Source of the DNA: Geosiphon pyriformis uo1
Lineage: Eukaryota; Fungi; Glomeromycota
Assembly (NCBI GenBank): GCA_016748015.1
Contig: JAAOMT010000557.1
Span: forward strand, 1 to 64,000
Length of the DNA stretch: 64,000 bases
Direction of reading: 5' to 3'
Shown: in pieces, positions 10,837 through 21,981 of the stretch
How positions within the stretch are numbered: position 1 is the first letter of the stretch
Layout: every line of letters begins with the position of its first letter
Made by a program: the position numbers and the translations under genes
Notes under the pieces: generated by a model
Database searches by the model: none
The model's input: only the letters and a program-made list of their open reading frames with translations
Told to the model about the DNA's origin: nothing

Positions 10837-13800
10837 TCAGGTTGTTTGTAATATTTCTTGAGTCGCATGCCATGAACAGGTCAATCACTAAATATTGTTC
10901 CATATTGATCTTGTAAGATATAAGAACCATTGTTCAAAACTTTGTTGACTATAAAGGGTCCTTTCCACTGGCTAGAGAATTTATCACCATAGACATTGTC
11001 TCTATCTGAACGGTATTCCAAAACTAAGTCACCAACACTTAAGGAAAGTGTTTTATAGGTCTTTTTCTTTTTGAGCTTCTCTTGAAACTGTTTTATCTTT
11101 TCAAAGGCAATTATCCGTGCTTCTACTAATGAGTCAAGAATGGTACCAAGTCTTCTTTGCAAAATGTCCTTGTAATCTCCTATTGTTATTTCTTCAAAAG
11201 GTATTGTTTCTATATCTGTTTCTATTGGTAGAGTTGTCATTTGTCCATAGAGCAGATAAAAGGGTTCATAAATTGTTATGTCATGATTCACAGTTCTGTA
11301 AACAAACAAGGCTGAAGGCAATACTTTGTCCTATAGGTTGGTTTCTTCACTGGTTTTGACTAGGATTTTACATAGTGTTCTATTGAAACGTTCTACTAGG
11401 CCATTTGTTTGGGGGTGATAAGGGGAAGAGAGTTTATGACATATTCCCATTTTTCTGCAAAGTTCTTCAACCAGTATACTGAGAAAAGCTCTTCCTTTAT
11501 CAGATAAAAGTTCTTTGGGGCAGCCGTGGTAACAGATAATATCTTCATAAATGAAATTGGCAATTGAGACTGCTGTTTGATCTGGGGTGGCTCTTGCTTC
11601 TACCCACTTTATAAGATAGTCGGTAGCTGTGATAATGTATCTGTTGTCATCAGAAGTTACTGTTAAAAGTCCAACAACATCTATACCAATTCTATCAAAT
11701 GGTTGACCAACAGAGATTGGATGGATATTTTCCTTGCAATTGGGTTTTCCTTTTCTTTGGCAGGTATCACAGGTTTTGATGTATTCAGCAATGTTTTTTT
11801 CCAAGGTAGGCCAATAATAGTGAGCTAAAGTTTTCTGAATTGTTTTTGTTTTTCCAAAGTGTCCAGCTAATGGATCAATGTGCATATTGTAGATCACAAT
11901 TTCTCTTTCTTCAAATCTAATGACTCTCTGGGGACGGTTAGAATCTTTTCTATTTCTTTTATATAACTGGTTCTAGCAAATCAAATAGAAATTTGATTGT
12001 TTGTGCAAATGTTCTCTTTGCTGTCGAGTATAGTCCAGCGGGTATTGTTCTTTACCCAAAAATTTCATTAAAGCAGAGTAGTTGTCCAAGTCCATTATCG
12101 TGTTTGTTTGTGGGGGAGTTACAAATAATTAAGTTGGTTTGGTTTGAGAGGGTTTTACTATCACTGGATGGTAAGTCTGGAGAGAGCGTCGGCGTTTTGA
12201 TGATTAGCTCCTTTGCAGTATTGAATGTCATAGTTGAATTCATCCAAGTGGAGTATCCAGCAAGTTATCTGTTTATGTTCCAGGTTTCTTTTGTTGCATA
12301 GCCAAACCAAAGCTTGGTGATCTGTTACCACCAAAAATTTCACACTCTTAAGATATTTGTCTCAGTAGCTGGTAGCCCAAACTACTGCTAAGCATTCCTG
12401 CTTAGTAACTGAGTAGTTCCTTTCTGCTGGTGTGAGAGTTCTACTGGTATATGCTACAGCATGTTCTCTGTTATTTTCATCTTTTTGGGAAAGAACAGCA
12501 CCAAGTCCATAGCCAGATGCATCAGTGTGGAGGATAAAAGGTTGATCCAAATTAGGTTGCATGAGGATGGGTTCTGTAACCAGTTTTTCCTTCAGAATTT
12601 CAAATGCTTTTTGTTGATGAGTGCCCCAGTGATAATTGATGTTTTTCCTAAGTAGCTGATTGAGAGGAGCAGCGATTTTGGAGAAATCCTTGACAAACTT
12701 GCGATAATAAGAGGCCAAACCAAGAAAAGAGCGTAGTTCATGAACATTCATTGGTTGTCTAATGTTTTGAACTTTTTCAATTTTGGCTGGATCAGGGAAG
12801 ATTCCATCTTTTGTAATAAGATGGCCAAGGAACTAGGTGGATTGATGTCCAAAGAATGATTTGATTAGATTGATCTTGAGACCAGCATTTCTAAGGAGGT
12901 CAAAAACCTTTTGCAAATGTTCAAGGTATTCATCTCAGGTTTTTGAGTATACCATTATGTCGTCCAAGTAGACTAGAACAAAGTTTTCTTTTACTGATTC
13001 AAATACTTTGTTCATTAAGCATTGAAATGTGAGAGGAGTATTTGTGAGACCAAAAGGCATGACTGTGAATTCATAGGTACCATACTTGGTGATGAAGGCA
13101 GTTTTCTTTCTGCTTTCTGGATCCATCTTTACTTGCCAGAATCCAGCAGTTAAGTCAATGGTTGAGAAAAAAGCAGCACCATGGAATTGGTCTAGCATTG
13201 CATCAATCTTGGGAAGTGGGTACATGTCTCTTTCAGTAATGGCATTTAATTGGCAATAGTCAACACAAAAGCATAGGGTTCCTCCTTTCTTGGATACCAC
13301 TACAACTGGGAATGCCCATTCACTCTTGGTTTTCTGTATGAATCCAAGGGTTTTCATTCGGGTTATTTCCTTTTTGATAAACTCATCATTGTGCCGGTTG
13401 GATTGATAGGGCTTCAAATGGATGGGGCAAGTTTCTCTAGTGATGATGGTGTGTTGTATCACATGTGTATGTCCAGAAGGTTCACTTTCTTTTGAGATAA
13501 CTGGGCTGTTTCTAGCCAACAGGTTTTCAATATCTACTTTTCTTTCTTCTGGAGAGGGTTCTCTTTGTTCTACAACCAGTGATTGGATTTCAGATAGTTC
13601 ATTTTCAAAGAACTTTTGGACTTCTTTTATTTCCTCTTGGGGTATCAAGCTGATTGGTTCCCAATCTTTGTAATAGATCAGGCAGGACATACATTCATCA
13701 CTAGAAGAATACAATGGTTTGTCACACCAGCACCGAGCACAAGGATCATGCCACCAATAACTGTATTTGGCTTTTTTGCCTGGCTTTCTGTCAAAGATTC

Positions 13801-14855
13801 TTCTGAGCATGTCATAATAAGGCCAGCAGATCAGCTTGCCATTGACAATGATTCCTTCTTTATCTGCCTTAACATTATCCAGTGGTTTTGTTATTGCTAG
13901 TGAAGATAGTATAGACAAGTCCAGCAGTTTCTTCTTGTTCTTTTTGTTCTTCTTCTTCCTTACTTTCTTCATCATCTGATTCATTTGATTCATTTTCTTC
14001 TGGGCTCTGCTTGGATACTGGGGGAGTTGTCCAATGGCGACACTTAACCACAATGGGTTTCTCACCACATCTGATGGTTAATTTACAGAGTTCATAATCA
14101 AGCAAAGCCTTTGCTTTCTTGAGCCATTCATTGCCAACAATGATGGTATATTCTTTTGCTTCAGACACTTCCATATCAGTTTCAATGCTGATGCCATTGA
14201 TGCGGACAGGAATAGCTTTGGCTATGCCAAGCTCTTTTTTCTTATCACCATGCACATTGGTCATTGGTTGTGTGGATGGTTCATCAATTTTTCTGCCAAT
14301 TGCTTCAAAAAAGTGTTTGGCAATAACACTAACAGATGATCTACTGTCTAGAATCAAATCAATGAAGTAGCCAGCCACTTGGGCTTTACAAATTAGAGGA
14401 GTGACATTGCTATTGTCAGCAAGTTCAGCTTGGTGAAAGCGTTTGTTGGTTTTGGGTGTCTTTTTCTTTGGAATCAGGGATTTGTGAAGATCTTTTCTGA
14501 ATTGTGGATGGGTCATCAATTGGCCAAAGATTATATGTACTGGGGTTTCCATAAGGTCTTTGACAACAGAATAGGGACCGGATTTTTGTACTATTTCTGG
14601 GGGTTCCAACTTTGGAGGGTTCTTGAAAACTTTGGCTTTTGGAGGCTCATTGTTGTCAGCAGTTGATGTAGAAGCTTTATTGGAGTTTAGAACGAAATCA
14701 ACTTTGGCTTTCTTCTTTTTTTTTGTGGATTCAGAAAGGTTGATTGCTAATTCATTCATGTCATGGTCATCATCAGTTAATTTAAAAGCGTAAAAGGGGT
14801 TTTCTTCTGGTTGGCTTGCACTCTCACCCTTTGGAGGTGCGCCTACCAGTTTAAA
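10788..14855 (-). pseudogene. pol: pol polyprotein (protease, RT, RNase H, integrase with GPF module), disrupted
   Basis: LILDSRSSVSVI (protease DSG), FCVDY/YPLPKID/VMPFGLTN/VYLDD (RT), LHTDASGYGLGAVL…ERNYS (RNase H), H..GHFG…CDTCQ, IDVVG, SDKG, PYHPQTNGLVERFN (integrase), WKGPF. Several stops and frameshifts. Confidence 0.97.
14809..14855 (-). promoter_or_regulatory. Putative -1 ribosomal frameshift signal between gag and pol
   Basis: Gag frame ends CCT TTA AAC TGG TAG, giving T-TTA-AAC in X-XXY-YYZ phase; the -1 frame is open (FKLVGAPPKGESASQPEE…) into protease; an imperfect hairpin follows. Confidence 0.8.
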
Positions 14856-16703
14856 GGCTGATAAACAGTGGCTTCAACTAGGGGATCCTCTCCAAAGAAA
14901 TTGATGTTGGCATAATTGGGTCTTTGGTTGGGCACATTGTTGTTGTTGATCCTGTTGTTCTGAGCATCATTGTTTCTGGGGACTGGTGGAGGCAGTGGAG
15001 GATTGTTGCAATCTCTTGAAAAGTGTCCAGTTAATCCACAGCAATAGCATACAGGTGGGCCACAATTTTGTTGTCTTTGATAAGGTGGTTGCTGGGGCTG
15101 ATTGAAGCATAGTTCAAATCTGGGTCTTTGTGGTTGCTGNNNNNNNNNNNNNNNNNNNNAAAGGCTGATAAACAGTGGCTTCAACTAGGGGATCCTCTCC
15201 AAAGAAATTGATGTTGGCATAATTGGGTCTTTGGTTGGGCACATTGTTGTTGTTGATCCTGTTGTTCTGAGCATCATTGTTTCTGGGGACTGGTGGAGGC
15301 AGTGGAGGATTGTTGCAATCTTTTGAAAAGTGTCCAGTTAATCCACAGCAATAGCATACAGGTGGGCCACAATTTTGTTGTCTTTGATAAGGTGGTTGCT
15401 GGGGCTGATTGAAGCATAGTTCAAATCTGGGTCTTTGTGGTTGCTGATTTTCTCTGACTGCTTGGACTAAGGGTTCTAATAACCGAGCAAGATTTGCTGT
15501 AAGTCTGTCTATTAACTGTTCATTTGGATCTTGAGTGTGAGTGGCAAAAGAAGTAGTAGCTATTTGAGGGGCAGGAGCCATGACAAGAACAGAAGCAAAA
15601 ACTGGTAGTGTGAATTCCAAGTGCATCCTTTGGTTGTCTTCAATTCTTTGTGCTAATTCAATGGCCATATCCATGGTGGGATTATTTTTTAGGGCCAGGA
15701 GGGGCCAAAGAGCATACGATAAATCAGTTCTTAATTTTTTTGTAAAGGAGTGAATTTTCTGCTCTTCTGTCCAATTTCTTCCAGTGTCTACTCATTTGAT
15801 TAACTTTTTGATTGCTTTGGCATATTTGGTTACAATTTCACTGGGACCTTGGGTTCTTCTTTCCAATTCCATACACTATTTTGATATTAATATTGGGGTT
15901 CTGAACTTGTTTTCAAACTGGGTAGTGAAAGAAGTGTTGATTTCTCCCACATTTGCTGGTGTTTATTTAACGATTCTTTGCTGGGTATTGGCATCTGTTT
16001 CTTGTGAGAACCAGGTAGCAGGGGATTCTTGAAGATAGCCACCAACAATTTGGAACTTGTACTCATCATCATATTGATTGGCTATAGCAGCTCTTTCAAA
16101 GTCATCCAACCATTCAATTGGATCTTGTGCATCACCTCTAAATAATGGTATTGGGGTGTTGTTTCTTTGCCCTAGAGCAGTTTGTATACCTTGGAGGGCA
16201 GCCAGAATGTTTGCTTGCATGGGGTCATTAGTCATTGGTTTAGGGGTAACTGTTTGTGTAGATGAGTCTGATTCACTTGATAAAAGATCAAAAACAGGGG
16301 CAGTTTGGTAGCTTTCTTCTTCTGTTTCAAAGGGAGTTTCAGTTGCTTAATGAGCAGCAATCCAAATGTGAATTTGATGATTCAGATATTCGAAATCAGG
16401 GGGCTGTTGTTCAAAGGTTGCAGAATATAAGAGCTGATTGATACTGTTGTTTCTTTTTTCAAAGTTGTTTTCAAAATAAGCTTGGTCAAAGTAATAGGTT
16501 GTATAAGCTGTGTAGATTTCAGCTGAATGCTCATTCAGGAACCAGTTCCAAAAGTCTTGGAATTGTCTACTGGATTGTTCTTCAAGGGGGAAGCAAATCA
16601 AGCAGGAGGGCAGAGGATTAAGTTCAATAAAACTTTGGTTGTTTCTGTTGTGTGCTACAAAGTGTTCTTCTGATTGCTGTGGCAGATATGAGTAATTACC
16701 CAT
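14843..16703 (-). pseudogene. gag: gag with retrotransposon gag domain and CCHC zinc knuckle, disrupted
   Basis: IPLFRGDAQDPIEWLDDFERAA (gag domain) and CYCCGLTGHFSRDC (knuckle). ORF 16347-16703 is in frame with 15963-16235 across a single TAA. Confidence 0.93.
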
Positions 16704-16730
16704 ACAATGAGGGAATAAGTGAATTTTGAC

Positions 16731-16749
16731 AACCTCACAGGGAGCACCA
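16731..16749 (-). promoter_or_regulatory. Primer binding site TGGTGCTCCCTGTGAGGTT
   Basis: Begins with TGG 6 nt inside the 5' LTR. Its complement aacctcacagggagcacca resembles eukaryotic elongator tRNA-Met 3' ends; tRNA-Ile(UAU) is an alternative. Confidence 0.85.
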
Positions 16750-16755
16750 CTTTTA

Positions 16756-17469
16756 TGTTATGGATTGGAGTAACAAGCTAATGGATAGCAAGGGAGAACA
16801 GTATTGTATGGTAATGGAAATAAACAAAGAAGGAATTACAATAAGGGAGCAAATTGAATAAGTAGGAATTCAATGTGCGTGATCAGTCTCATAAAAATCA
16901 CAGTCGCTAATCTTTTCTTAAATCTGAAGGTAAAGAAATAGTCTGTGATTGTCAACAAGATAACATTGCTGCTATTATTTTATGCCTCAACTCGGCGATT
17001 TTTAGAATCAATAACAGGTATCGTTGTACTTTTCAATCGTTTCTTTATTCAATGAATTACAAAAGCAAGCCAATTGCTTCTTAGGCTAATTCTAACAAAT
17101 ACAAATCAAGAAGGGGAAAAAATAAGATATGTGAATGCCAACAAATAGATATTTGAAGGTAAGGAAAGGGGAATAAGCGATTATGAAAGGAAGTAATTGA
17201 TATTGTTTATTTCGTTACTTTGATTATGTTTTTCTACAGCTAAGGGAATCATTGCTTATATAGCTATCTAAAGTGATCAACGACCAGGTCAACAATCAGG
17301 TCAATGATCAGGTCATTGATCAGATCAATGATCAGGTCAATGATCAGGTCAACGGTCAGGTCATTGATCAGGTCAATGATCACTATCTAAAAATAGAGTG
17401 GCTAATTATATGACATCAGTGGCTAATACATGTGATAATTAATAAAAACTATGTGTTTCAACTGTAACA
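16756..17469 (-). repeat. 5' LTR (714 bp)
   Basis: Direct repeat of 9424-10114. U3 has a 12-bp array (caatgatcaggt, ~17278-17383) upstream of a minus-strand TATA box gctatataagc (~17253-17263). Confidence 0.97.
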
Positions 17470-17769
17470 ATAGTATAATATAATGTTTTTAATAGTTAAA
17501 CCTAAATATGTTCATGAACTTCAAACTGAATTTGAACCAGACTTATTGTATGTATTTGAATTTAATTTAAATTCAATAATTTTAAGTCTGGTTTAAGTTT
17601 AAATTCAAAATTTTGCCAAATTTTCTGTTCAAATTTGGTTTAGTTTGGTAATTTGATCAAATTTGAACCAAATTAAACCAACTAAAACCTTCAGATACCA
17701 CCAATCATATTACTTATTAAGCACCAAGTTACAGGTTTGTTATTTGTTTTAGATCTCAAATAATCATCT

Positions 17770-20665
17770 GTAACAATATGTAAAGTCTATAACTTAGTTA
17801 GATAATATTATTTAAGAGTTAGCTTATAATAAATTAAAATGTGTAAACAGTTTGTCAAGTTTTTTAGCTGTATATATGAGAATAAAATCAATAAAATAAT
17901 AATTAATCTTGGATTCTTAGATAGTTATAGAATACATAATAGTTTAAATTAAGATAAAGTTTTCTCACTTTTTTATTAGAAAATTTTTTATGGTCTTCTT
18001 TTGTGCAAAATTAAGAGACATAAGCATTTGTGTGAATATTAAATCAATACTAATTTTGTTGTTAAAACAAACAAAATAAAAAATAATAAAAGTTTGATGT
18101 TATTTTTTGCTACAGATGTTTTTGTTAATAATACAATTTGGATTGAAAATAGTCAATCTTCTATATAATATGCTTTAAATATAGCCAGTAAATTTTTTAT
18201 GATTAATAATATTTCAATTAATAATAAAAAACAATAATTATTCTCATTAATTAAGGTGTTAAAACAGTATCTTTAAAGATTAGTAACATGTCAATCTCAA
18301 TTGCCAAAAAAGAAAAATTGCACAGATATTTAAAAAAATTTTTATTATCTAAAAGTTTGTTTAAGCTTAGTATTACTAAGACTTACTTTGATATTTGATT
18401 TTTTGTTAATATGATATTTAAAAAAACTATTATAAACAAACTGTTTTTTTATTTGATATTGGTTGTTTTGTAATTTATTGTTGGCTATAGATCTTAATTC
18501 AATTTTGTGTTATTAAGTATGTATTGTAAATAAGATATTATAATTAAGAAAGATCTTAAGTCTAAAGTCAATTTGCCATGTAATTTTTTTAATAAAATAT
18601 TGTATTATTTTTTTTTGTATGATTGAAATTATTTGAGCAAATACAAACTGAAAATAAATTAGCATTAGTAGTAGTTTTTTTAATGCTTTAAGTATTCTTA
18701 GGCATTTGTTTAATTATAGACATTTAGATTTGCAGATTCTGAACTGAACTTCTTTAAATCTTTTGTATTGCTCTGTTAAGTTGTATATTAGTTTTATCAA
18801 TAATTTTTTGGCCAAAGTTGTGAAGATTTTTTTAATTAATAATGTGTTTTTAGATAATAATTTGCTTAATGTATTTTGCAGTTCTAAGAAATTTTTAATG
18901 TCAAATATTTTAGGAAAGTTTCTATATTATGATTTAGTTTATTTTTTGAAAAAATTTGAAATGACATTTAATAATAGACTTTTAGACAAAAAAGACAATG
19001 TAATAGAGTAAAAAACATTTTATTATTAGAAAAAATTGAATCTCTTAAGCTTTATGTTATTTTGGTTTAAATTGGTTTTAAAATTTTTGTATAATAAAAA
19101 ATTTTTATTGGTTAATTTTAATTGAATTAACAAACTAAATGGCCTAAATATCCTGGAATCTAACAAGTTTTTTAATGTTTATAAATATTTACATAAAATT
19201 TGGTCATATATTAAAGTATATACAAATAAGTCATTGAAAAATTTGGGTTTTGCTAAGGTTTTTTATAAAACTATTGCATACTTTTTGGTAATAGATATAA
19301 AAATTAATATTAAAGTATATAGTCTTCTGTTGTTTATAATGGTTGAATTGCAGACTGTTGCTTTGTTTTTGAAGTGTATTCTATCTTTGTGTATAATTAT
19401 TTTGTATTTAAATAGTCAGATTGTTATTAATACATATATGTCTAAGATTCAGTTTATTACATCTGACTTTTGTAATTGCTATTGAATAAAAAAAAGACAT
19501 ATTGCTAATTTAATAAAGAATAAAAATTTTCTAATTAATTAGATTAAAGTTAAAGATTATTTAGATATTTCTGACAATATTAAAGCAGATTATATAATAA
19601 ATAAGACTATATATTTCCTATTGTTTCTGTTAAGTGGAGTATATAAGTAATTTATAGTAATAAAAAACATGACTGTTTCTAATAATATTCATTATTTTAT
19701 CTGTAATTTGTATAGATCTATCTGTTATATCTAATAGAAAAATGGTTTTAATTATTATGTAATATTAGGTAAATTAATTTAAAAAATGAATTAACTGTCT
19801 ATTATAAAGATATAGTATTTTAACTTGTATATATTGTTTGGTTTTATAAGCAAAAAGTTTACCAATTTGTATATTTATTTGATAAAGGCTGTATATAAAT
19901 GTTTACTAGTGGCTATTAGAAAAAAATTATATAACAAAGAATATTTTAAAGTGTTATGTTTGTTCTATAGTAAAGTAGAATTTTTGAATCATGTTTTTAC
20001 CTGCCTTAAAATTAAAAACATTTGCAATAAAATACTAATAAAGTTTTTTAACATCTGAATTTTTTTAATAAGTATTTATATTGCTTTTTTATCTGTTATA
20101 TTAAAAATTCTCTCTAAGTATTTTGTTTGATATAAGTTTATATGCTATAATTTGTAAGAGTTTTATGCTGAAAAAATAGTGTTTAAAGACTATAATAGTT
20201 TTTAAAAACAAATAAAAAACTTTAATAACTGTGATTGTATTTTTAAGACAATTAATAAAAAGTTATTATTTAAAGATTTGGTTTGCTAGGTTCAAGTTTA
20301 GAGTAAATATAGAAAAGATAAATTTAGTAAATAATAACAGTATAATATCTAATCTAACTGTTGATTTAGTAGTTGGTTTGTTAAATAACATGATTTATTT
20401 TCTTAAGATAATTGAATTTTTTGTAGTTAGTTTTGGTAGATATAAATTATGTTTATTATTTTTTGGTTTGAATAATAATATAAAAGTTTATATAGATATA
20501 TAATATTGTTTTGTTTGGTCCAAGTGGCTAGTTATATATAGTAAGTACATAAGTTGTATTTAGTTTAAGTTACTTAATTTGGATTACTTAATTTAATTTT
20601 GTATACTAGATAATAGTTGAATTGTATTTATTAAAAAAATTAAAAATTAAAAATTAAAAAAAATT
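17770..20665 (+). mobile_element. Ancient 5'-truncated LINE (RT, RNase H, CCHC, 3' UTR, A tail), heavily decayed
   Basis: Relics of MRKAYDSVGW (~17778), DGLDQGEVFSPLLW (~17940) and FVDDTIW (~18120). ORFs 19234-19485, 19825-20058 and 20231-20503 align nearly residue for residue with the young LINE at 43441-45203, and the 3' UTR is also homologous. Confidence 0.92.
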
Positions 20666-21981
20666 GCAAAGATTAAAATAACTTATATTAGGTTTTTTTT
20701 TAATTTTTATATATATAATTTATATTTTAAGTTTTTTAAATATTAATGTTCAAATTATATTTATTAACATTTTTTTAAAAAAATTATAAATATTTATAAT
20801 ATTTGTTTTTGTTTTTATTATTATAATTTTGTATAATATTTTTTAAATGTTTTTTTTAACAAAATTAAAAATAGTTTAAATATTTTAATAAAATTGTAAA
20901 TATTAAATTAAATTTTTTTGATTTGTAACAATATATTATTGTATATTTTAAGTTTTTTAATACTGTTAAAACTGTTTTTGTTTATTGATTAATTTTAATA
21001 ATAAAAATAATAATAAAATTTTTTTAATCTAAAAATTATTGTTTTAAAAAATATTTTTAAACCCAAATTATATTAATTTTTTTTGTTATATAACTTAATA
21101 CTGTTATTAAAATTGTACTTTAAAAAAAATTATAAGAAATTTTTATTGTAAATCTTAAAATTTTATTTATTTAATTGCAAATTGTAAAAGTTTTAAAATA
21201 AATTTTTTAAAACTAATTTTTTAATTAGTATATTTAAATTGTTAATTAAATAATTATATTGTTTTTTACAAAATTTGTTAATAATTATAAAAAAACTAAA
21301 TTGTTATAATTTAGTATATTAAAAAATTGGTTATAAATAGTTTTAATATATTTAAGTAATTTATATATAATAATTTTTTAACTTGTACAACTTATATTTA
21401 TTGTAAATAAATAAATATATATATTAAATAATAAGTTATAAAAAAATTATATTTATTTAAATACTTTTAATTTTGATATTGTTTAATTAAATTAATTATT
21501 TTATTATTGATTTATCATATAAATTAACTATTTTAAAATTAATTATTAACCAAGTTATTAACTTAAATAAATACATAATTATTTTAATTTAATTAATAAT
21601 TGTATTATCTTGTTAATAAACATTCAGCTTTTTTTTCATTCCCAAACACTGTTTATTTTGAAAGCTTTTTTTCTTAAATTTTATTCACAAATTTTGAAAC
21701 ATTATCCAAAACATGTTTATATGCTATAAAGAATTAAAGTGCAATTTTAATTTTAAGAAAAGAATCTCGATCCCGAAATTCCATTTTTGCATAATTTCTT
21801 AATGTTGAAATTAAAAATATGTATACTGATAAGATTAGTTAATATAAATTTTTTGAAAGCGGCAGGGATTCATTTGTTAAACAAAGCACAAATCGGATAT
21901 TTTCGCGTCAATATCCCATAAAAGTGTTACATTTAAGTTTCATTTAAGCTTCTTTTACTATCGAACAAAAGTTACGAAACT

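Larger units (their letters stand above)
9424..17469 (-). mobile_element. Full-length, inactivated Ty3/gypsy LTR retrotransposon
   Basis: Two ~0.7 kb LTRs (TGTTA…TAACA), 4-bp TSD ATAG (9420-9423 and 17470-17473), PBS, PPT, and gag-PR-RT-RH-INT order; many premature stops. Confidence 0.98.
6371..17692 (+). mobile_element. Ancient hAT DNA transposon interrupted by the gypsy element
   Basis: Transposase relic at 6630-9400. Decayed gaaccgaacc/ggttcggttc-type subterminal repeats at 6380-6505 and 17500-17690. Ends taagattttgattaaatt / aaccaactaaaaccttc can be read as decayed inverted repeats. No TSD recognisable, so boundaries are approximate. Confidence 0.65.

Noticed and set aside
14853-15448. 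Apparent ~290-bp tandem duplication of the gag zinc knuckle
   Set aside because: The two copies directly flank a 20-N gap (15140-15159) and differ at about one base, typical of an unmerged contig overlap. The matching TSD and hAT continuity still favour a single element.
11117-16311. Plus-strand ORFs over the gypsy element, and antisense ORFs over NAT10, SCC2 and the LINE
   Set aside because: Shadow frames of real coding sequence with no independent motifs.
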